A DNA stretch of 63,700 nt, the filler included, from Collodictyon triciliatum (lineage: Eukaryota), in assembly GCA_043381765.1 (NCBI GenBank). It is 8 parts of 8 records of this genome, joined end to end, with 100 filler letters (N's around TTAATTAATTAA, not from the genome) between each part and the next. Parts side by side here need not be neighbours in the genome. Positions count along the whole stretch, not along the records: positions 50,811 to 58,072 come from JBHJMP010003982.1; positions 58,173 to 63,700 come from JBHJMP010004038.1; 6 more parts are not named here. One strand, 5' to 3'. The notes under the pieces were generated by a model, which saw nothing but the letters and a program-made list of their open reading frames with translations, was not told the origin of the DNA and did not search any database. The position numbers and the translations under genes were made by a program. Positions 54,923 to 63,700 of this stretch are shown piece after piece (the first letter of the stretch is position 1; each line of letters begins with the position of its first letter).

Positions 54923-56856
54923 CTAGATTGGCGAGAAAACTTTCTGTGCCTCGTATGGCATCATCGGGTGATTTGAAAAAACTGGTGTGATGCCTTTCGG
55001 TACACGGATTTCAATCTGCAGAGATTAGAATTCAGACATGAATAGATATTTGAGATACTTTGGTGCAACATGCGAATTCATTTGTAGTATGGCCTCAATG
55101 AAAATTTCATTCAACTCGAAATCGTAATATGGTTTGTTGCTTTTCGATGCATAAAAAAGGATGCATGTTTGATTCAGAAAATTCATATCCCCACCTTATA
55201 TGGGGCAGAACGACCAGATATACAAAAGAATCCCAACCCTGGAACAGCAATCTCTGAGTGAGCTATTTTCTGTGCGACCGTCCATGGAGGAGACACGTCG
55301 AAGGTAAACAACTGTGGTAGGGACCATAATTTTAAATGAATTCGTCAAAAATCAAACCATCTATCATATCTGCCAATCATGAAGAGGAGTTTTTACTTCA
55401 GTTGGTCGACATCGCTCTACATCACCTTCGTGACTAGGCGGTGTGAGAATCTTTCCAGCTTGGTTAGAGAAAATGCTGTCTGCCCCATCCTTGCCTGTGG
55501 GATGGATCTTCACCTGGTGTTCAAATGGTGTATTTAACAATCTCGGTTTATTCTTTGTCGTTATAGTACAACTCCTTTCTTCCTTTTTTTGATAAAAGAA
55601 AAATAATCGCAGTTGAGCTTGATTTCAACGCATATATCCACCAGTATTTTGAAGGGACACGAGTTGACATTAAAAGATTATGTTAATTAAATGGCGGCGT
55701 AGCGCGAAGATTCAATGTAAAAATTTGTTCCTCTAAATGTCTTTATCTTTTTGATTCAAAACATATTAGAATAAATGAATTATATAAAATATGTTATCCA
55801 GATATACTCTTACTGATGGAGGTACAAAACATGTGATATATGACTCCATCCGACCTTGTCCAATTATATCAAATCTAACCATGGACCCAACAAAAAGGAC
55901 CCTGTGGGGTGTTAGCCTCGCAGTGAATGGCAAAAATCGTTTGCTTGGTACTAGTTTCAGCCCATCATCCGGAGATAGGAGGTGTGACATCTGCTTTGGG
56001 TTGAATAAGCCTGGCGTATCTATCAAATGTCTACCCTTGTTTTTTTTGGTCGGTATTGGCACAGACAAAAAAGACAAAGTTGTTCCTGGAAAAGGAGAAA
56101 CGGTTGGTTTTGGTAAGTTTTGTTCCAGAGCCTCAATCTGCTCAAGAGTTTCGGTGGGCTCATCTTCTTCATCGACCTCTGCAGCCTGGCGTAGTTCTCC
56201 ATTACCGATTTGATTTTTTGAAACACTTTTTAGAAAGTTGTTAAACTCTTCATCTTGAGGAGAGCCTGCTAATGTGTGGATCGCAGATACAACCTCTGGT
56301 TTTGTATTTGAATGTTTTTTCTTGGGTGGTTCTGTTTCTGGCTTTTCCAAATCCTGTAGCTCATCTTCAAACTCGCCTGTGGTTTGATTTTTTCTCAAAA
56401 TCTTTTCTTTCTAAGTATTTTAAAAAGTAAATTAGACTATTATCGATAAGTCTAACTTCTAGTTATCAACATATTTTCTTGTATTTAGTCTGATGTAAAT
56501 TGGGTCAATACGGATCTTTTGTATAAAAGCATTTCTCGCAGTAGTTTCATTCTTTTTTTAAAAAAATCGATAGGAGAAAAGGTACATATAAGAAAACAGT
56601 TAAGTAAATAAACAAGTAAAATTACCTTGGATTGTAGCAATCTTTTCAATAAGTTTGTAATGAAGGTAGATTTACCCACGTTAGCAACCCCTACAACATA
56701 AATATCTCGTTGGATTATTCCAGGTGACAATAATAAAGCTTGTAAACGGCCCCATATTTCTTTGTTGTGTCCGTTTGAATTCATCAAAAATACCTAGAAG
56801 ATAATTAGATAATTATTCGGAGAAAGTAATCGGCCATAAACACGTGATTCCAAAAA

Positions 56857-56903
<47 letters not shown>

Positions 56904-57265
56904 AGGAAGAAAATAGGAACCAGGAAACCTTCTTACATCTCTAACTGTACCAACTTCGCCCTTTATTGCTGTATGTAACAGCCATGTTCTGACACGATTG
57001 TAATGAGTATCCTTGGGTAATATGTCATATTTGTTTCCAATCAATATCACAGGATGGTTCCCCACAATCGATGAGAATTTTGGAATGAGGGTGCCCTATG
57101 TAAACAGTTTGAAAATTATAACTTATAGAATTTAGTATGAGTTAGGGGAAATATTTCAAAATAATGTATACATGAACGTCCATCATGTCTACAATTTTGA
57201 TTATGACAGCTTCTTTTTCCTGTATTTTCTTCAACATGTCCATGTATTTTTGGGTATTTTCTCTC
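54923..57265 (-). CDS. Circularly permuted GTPase of the YqeH/NOA1 (Gep3/Mtg3) family, 5' partial
   Basis: G4 ILIGNKYDILP precedes G1 YVVGVANVGKST, then G2 SPFPGTT and G3 LIDTPGL. C-terminal EIAVPGLGF and IRVPKGI..PMMPYEA. Stop at 54923. Confidence 0.88.
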
Positions 57266-59265
57266 CTATTTATTTAAAATTCAAGAATTTGCGTTAGACT
57301 TTTTGTTAAAATTGTTTTCTGTATTGTATTTTTATTGGTTTTTTATTGGTTTTTTATTGGTTTTTTATTGGTTTTTTATTGGTTTNNNNNNNNNNNNNNN
57401 NNNNNNNNNNNNNNNNNNNNNNNNNNNNNNNNNNNNNNNNNNNNNNNNNNNNNNNNNNNNNNNNNNNNNNNNNNNNNNNNNNNNNNNNNNNNNNNNNNNN
57501 NNNNNNNNNNNNNNNNNNNNNNNNNNNNNNNNNNNNNNNNNNNNNNNNNNNNNNNNNNNNNNNNNNNNNNNNNNNNNNNNNNNNNNNNNNNNNNNNNNNN
57601 NNNNNNNNNNNNNNNNNNNNNNNNNNNNNNNNNNNNNNNNNNNNNNNNNNNNNNNNNNNNNNNNNNNNNNNNNNNNNNNNNNNNNNNNNNNNNNNNNNNN
57701 NNNNNNNNNNNNNNNNNNNNNNNNNNNNNNNNNNNNNNNNNNNNNNNNTTTTTTTTTCCATAAAGTCAATGAATGGCTCATGCTTCTCCAAACCAACATT
57801 CTTCAATCATACACCATATTTGATGACGATACGCTGAATTACATCAAGTAGACATTTTATCTTAATTGCTTTCTTGCTATCTTTATATGTTTACATAATG
57901 ATGGCAGGTAGCAATCAGGAAACCTGAGGCAAATGAATGCTTGATTTCCAAATAGATTCACTGTTATTTACCCATATATCCTGTCGATATGTCGCCTCAC
58001 TCGCCCAAAATTCAATCGTCTCCACTATTTCTCAACCGCCTTTTCTCTTCAATCTTCAGGCACAAACCATCTNNNNNNNNNNNNNNNNNNNNNNNNNNNN
58101 NNNNNNNNNNNNNNNNTTAATTAATTAANNNNNNNNNNNNNNNNNNNNNNNNNNNNNNNNNNNNNNNNNNNNCGAATTTAAATAAGTGGGGAGGGGAAAA
58201 AAAAGGAGGAGGAAAAAAAAAAAAAAAACGGTTTTTTTTTTTTTTTTTTTTTTTACTGCTATAACATGCATACCTAGACTTTCTTACCTACTACCTTACC
58301 TGCGATTGTAACCCGACCCCTACATAACACTACCACCGACAAAATATTTCATTTGTCATTAGTGCCAACAAAAAACAAAAACAAGAACTGCCTAATGAAT
58401 TGCCTAGTATACCCCCTTGATACCCATCATCTTTGGGATTGGCAGTATGAACGATCGATTTGCTCCACTTTACACTCGACATAATACCTTTTCTCTCTCT
58501 TTTTTTTTCTCTCTCTCTCTCTCTGTCCTTTTTTCTTCTTCCGATTAAATTCTATATTTCACTCTTTTAGCCTTCTTTTTCTTTGATATCATAGGCTTGT
58601 TCATGAATGTGCATCAAGCTCGGTTCTTTCTTTCTCCTATGAAGACTCTACCCCCAAATATTATGCCTCACATCTTCTCCTCACCCAGACTCCTAAACTT
58701 TCCAGAGTGCCCTGTTTCAAATGACGTGCGTACTACATCAACCTCCCCAAAAACCCTCGGCCGGTTTGAACGACGCTGTTTGACCGACTAATAAAGACCG
58801 ACCAACACGATTATTGTTCTGTTCGTTCTCGCAAACACCAACACAAGCACCAAAGCCCGTCTTTTCATCGTCACTCTAGCATCTCCCTTTTTGCAGGTAC
58901 CATCAGATAGCAACCCGTATACCATTAAAGCTTACACCATGCTCATATTCTGTCGCTTTTAAGATGACGATGAAAATGAAAAATACTATGATATGTGTGT
59001 GTGGGTATTAAAAAAAAATTAAAAAAAAATTAAAAAAAAATTAAAAATTAAAAAGAAAAGAAAAAAGAAAAGAAAAAAGAAAAGAAAAAAGAAAAGAAAA
59101 AAGAAAAGAAAAAAGAAAAGAAAAAAGAAAAGAAAAAAGAAAAGAAAAAAGAAAAGAAATTAAAACACAATGAATATATACATATACTTTTATGCAAAAG
59201 AAAGAAAAAGGATATTGAAGAGAGACTTCAAAAACCCAACGTCATTAACCTCACAGATCGCTTCC

Positions 59266-62200
59266 ATGGAGTTTGGCGAGTCACCTCAGCGCCCCCTGCG
59301 ACGCGTCCTTCTTCTCTCCGAAGAGCCGATCGAAGTTGACTCGCTGATACAAACACAAAACACAACCGATCTTCCCAATCCACTCGGAAACATAGGAACT
59401 CGTCCAACGCCGATCGACGAACTCGGCCGACCCACAATAAGCGCGGGCGCTTCTCAGTCTTCTCCACATATCCCGTTCCACAGCACACGCTACGCCTCCT
59501 TGGTCCAATCGGCCCAAAGCTTGGCACATTCGAACCAGACTGCCGAACCAGAACCAGCCACATACAAAGACTCGGTTCTTGGCTCAGCATACCTGAGAGA
59601 CTCTGACCAGGAGGCAGCACATATGTTATCAGTGAAACCAAAGACAGAGGGGCACTTTGAAAACGGCTTTGCTATGCAACCTGGCGATACATCGCGGACT
59701 GAGTTGGAGACTAATGTCGGGCAGTCTCGTTCATCTGGGCTTTATCCGATTCATGCATCAGACATAAGCGAGGTTGAGGAGGATGGAGAAGATTTTCCTG
59801 TCGTGAAAGTGCTACCGAACCAGGCATCCATTGCAACATCACAACCGTATGTTTGATATTCAATTAAATATACTAACTCTTAGAAAAATAAATAATTAAG
59901 GGGTCATTCGCCAGATTCGCATTAATTTTTGCCTTTTTTGCCTTTTTTTCTTTTGCCATTTTTCAGTGTCGAAAGACACATAATCTAATGTTACGTATTA
60001 GATGCATGCATTCCTTTGACAATATTCTAAACACGATATATATATGCATATAGTACATCAACAGGATCAAATTTATCGGATGTTCTACAACAGATTGCAG
60101 ATCGAAGGAAAAAGATTGAGCAAAGACTTAGCAGCTATCCACGACCTAGCGCACTGCATGGAAGGCACCCAAATATATCCGATACACTGACATCTTCAAT
60201 CGGGACGCCGTTATCAAGCGGGGTACAAACGGGTCCGAGTATTCGGTCACAAGGAACGTCATCTTTAGACCAGTACAGTCAGGATGTGAGCTCTGCACAG
60301 AGTTCAGTTGCACAAGCAGCCTTGCGTGTGAGGGCTCTACGGGAAGAAAGAGAAAAGATAGCCCATTCTGTAAATCGAATTCCTCCCAGAACAGAAGAGC
60401 TTTCCTCCATCAGACAAAGGCTCGATAGGTTTGGTTTGAATCATACCTTGATGATCATTTTGTTAGCATAATTATCAAGATGACCTAAAAAAACACACAG
60501 TTTAGATTGCGTACAACAAAAGTACAAAAACAATCGAAACTATAAAATGTTATAGTACTCCATATATTCCAATAAATCGTATCTATTTATATTATTTTTA
60601 CTTATCCTCCTCTCCCTCCTCTCCCTCCCCTCCCCTCCTCCTCTCTTACTCATTTTCTTTCTTCCTCTAATTTCAGAAAGGGGGGGTTCTTTCACAAACC
60701 GTGAGCATCAATCCAATTATGCTGGATTAGTTTTTAGTTTTTAATTTTATCTTTTTTTTTTTTTTCGAAAGCAACAAGAAGGTGATAACCGAGATTAGAA
60801 AAAATATGGCCATCGGGCGGAGTGATGATTCCGTCAAATTAAAATCAGAATCAGAATTATCCGAGTTTATTCCACCACATACCAACCACACTCGCTTTGT
60901 TCAAAACTACGAAAATAGTGGACCATCCAACAAGAAAAGTGATGGATCAATTATGGAATCTGATTCAGAGTCCAGTTCTAATACATCCGAATTTTATGTT
61001 CAAGTTTCAAAAACAAGTGCTACGCAAGAGAAAATTTTTGGAGTCATCAACAGCCCACCAGTTGACTTTACTGAAGGAGATTCAGCAAATTTTGATATAG
61101 CCTTCCCTTCTAAACGTATCTCATCATCCAGTCCCGAGCCAATATCAAAAATTAGCCCGCAATCTACTTTACACACACCACAGTCAAATTCAAATATTCT
61201 CGAAGAGGCATTAACAATTTCCTCTTCCCATACAATCCAGTCCCCTAATTTATTTGGGGTTACTTTAGTAAATCACTCTATGAAATCTCTTGCAAAAAAA
61301 CATTCTGGCGGAGCTCACAAACCTCCCCAATCATCTAGTGATGAAGACTCTGTGCTAAGCTCTCCCTCATCATTCTCGACAGTACATCCAACTGAAACAC
61401 CAAAGAGAATATTTGAAAATACCCCGTCAGAAGTTTCTGTAACTTCATTTTTCAACTTACATTCCACCGGGGACCGGAAAAGCATCATGAGTCGAGAGTT
61501 CCTCTCAGAAAACCCGCAGACCAAATTCTCTCCTGTAATTTCAAACCATGACCGCTCTATAGGGCCACGTCATGTACTAAAGATGACTTCGGATGTGCAT
61601 CATCGTCTATCGGCCGACTCATTTCCTTCACCCAATTCGGAACACGAAATAAAGACCGCTTCTATTCATGACTATGAACAACAAAGTGAATCAGAAACGG
61701 AGTTTGAAGTTAAACACGAGGAAAAAATTGTTAAGAAGAAACAAGGTGAACTAGAAAAGACAACACACCAAAGTCTTTTACCGGCTCCTCAGAGTAATGC
61801 AGCTGTATCCACCAAAAAAACCCTACCTAAAGTTGAAGAAAAATCAACTACTTTGGGAAGTCGTATCAAAAACGAAAAGACTCGATCATCAGATGCTCAA
61901 TTTTCGTCAAAATTGACCACTCTACGTGTTTGTACAAAAGGTGACAGATTCTCATCAGTATACATCGATATTCAAATATATTTATAATTGATACATTAAT
62001 TTAGATTCACTTTTGAAATCATGTTTGCTAAAACAAATTCATCTTCTTATCTAGATACAGTGCGTCAAAATTTATCCGGAATCATACAAGAAAGATCATT
62101 ATTTAGAAAAAGCTTTTATCATACACCATTTATAGATTATAAAAAATTTATGAATGTTGCGCTCCTTACAAAAGAAAAGAACAGTAATGTGCAAAAGGTA

Positions 62201-63530
62201 TACGCCATTTTTTAGGTTGACATGTAAGATGCATATACGATGATAAATATTGACTTTTGACTTCTTTTAGTAGTTATCTAATCCTGATAATAAAAACGAC
62301 CAAATAGACCAACACCCTTTTGAATATGGATACCCAGATGCTCAAGGCAATTCTAATCCAGAAGGAGAAAGAACTCAAAGATATCATTTCCAGAAGGAAT
62401 GAAGAAAAATACCTCAATATTATATCTAAAGTAAATTTTACCCAGATTTTTCAATGGACGACATAATATAAACCTAAAAGATGATTCATCAAAATGCAGA
62501 ACTTTTAACCACCAAATCAGCAGTTCATTGTTTTTTTTTTTTTTTAATAAACTTACAAACTTACAAATTCTAATCTAAATGATTTGGCGCATTCTATATC
62601 TTTTCATATCATCTATCACCACTATCATCTTCATCACCCTCATAGGTGAAAGAAAGGGAGCAAAGGAAGCAACTGAGAAACAATGCTGCTATTTTAATTC
62701 AAAGAATTTTTCGTGGATATTTGTGTAGGTTACGATATCAGGAGACGTCAAATAGAAGCCCAAAAGGTTTCAATAGTTTGCCATTAAGTGCCTAAGCATT
62801 CTTTTATAACAGTTTTGCTTTCTTTTTTTCCCCTAGAAAATTTTGAAATTAAATATTCACTCTTTTTTCCCCATAGAACTCCCTGTATGGATTTCATCAA
62901 ACCTAATGTGCATATTTCATCGCTGGAAATTCAATCGGATCCGAAGGGCAACTTTAATTATCCAGAGATGGTATAGAACTGTTCTAGCCAGAAAAATAGA
63001 TCGGGCTCGACTCGCTAAGAAAAAGGCATTATCAAAAAAGAAGCAAAAAAGATATGCAATGTTACTCTCTAACGCGGTTAGTTTTTCTTTCTTTTTTAAA
63101 TGATGCCATATCTAAGCTCCGTGGCTCTGTATTCAAACTTTATAATGTTTTTTTTTTTTTTTACATCATAATAGGTCAACCAAGCCCAACTAGATTTAAA
63201 TCCTAGACTTGTGATGACACGGCGCCAGAAGACTTTGCTTTATGCCATCATTCAAGGCTACTGGGTCAGACGTACGATGAACTCTGGTTACGTTAAAATG
63301 CTAGTTCAACAAATAAAAGTGCATTTTCATTCGACCATGCTAATATGAAAAAAAAAGGGACGCTTTTTCTTTTTTACGTAAAGCTAGCAAACTTTGTATA
63401 TTCACTTTCTTTACAGGATATGGAAAATTTGCTAGAATCATTTCAAGGGTCGTACGATGTTGATGAAGCATTCATTGAAAGAGCCTGTTCTGATGTAATT
63501 ACATTAGCAATCTCAAAGTCAAATATTTAG
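59266..63530 (+). CDS. Large Ser-rich protein with IQ calmodulin-binding motifs, probably 3' partial
   Basis: Long exons at 59.27-59.85 and 60.77-61.94 kb, then IQ motifs AAILIQRIFRGYLCR, ATLIIQRWYRTVLAR and IIQGYWVRR. Confidence 0.7.
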
Positions 63531-63628
63531 TTTTTTTTTTTTTTTTTAAAAAAAAACACACACATTCATTTTCTCTCTTTCATAAATCACTTCACCATTA
63601 GCCATAAATTGTTTATATTGTTTATATT

Positions 63629-63700
<72 letters not shown>

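Overview
AT-rich, intron-dense draft genome of a microbial eukaryote (GT-AG introns mostly about 70-350 nt, many microsatellites); the species cannot be determined from the sequence. The window is an artificial concatenation of about nine contigs, most about 7.27 kb, joined by N44-TTAATTAATTAA-N44 linkers, so adjacency across gaps carries no biological meaning. Manually spliced genes: GH81 beta-1,3-glucanase (5' partial), COMMD2, a membrane-anchored cyclic-nucleotide phosphodiesterase, a single-chain tandem double glutaminase (EF-GLS-ANK twice), a JmjC oxygenase, GTDC1/QTMAN, a small membrane protein, a pseudokinase with a CaaX-like tail, an ELP1 3' fragment, a DUF4062-NACHT-TPR protein, RPL36A/eL42, an intronless multipass membrane ORF, tRNA-His(GUG) next to a 16-bp minisatellite, a NOA1/YqeH GTPase and an IQ-motif protein. 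The most notable locus is a degenerate Fanzor1 (eukaryotic TnpB-family RNA-guided nuclease) at about 45.9-48.1 kb. It keeps its RuvC D/E/D residues and Zn finger, is followed by strand-specific hairpins consistent with an omegaRNA scaffold, and is interrupted by a retroposed insert with a 15-bp target-site duplication. All family assignments come from motif recognition, not database searches.
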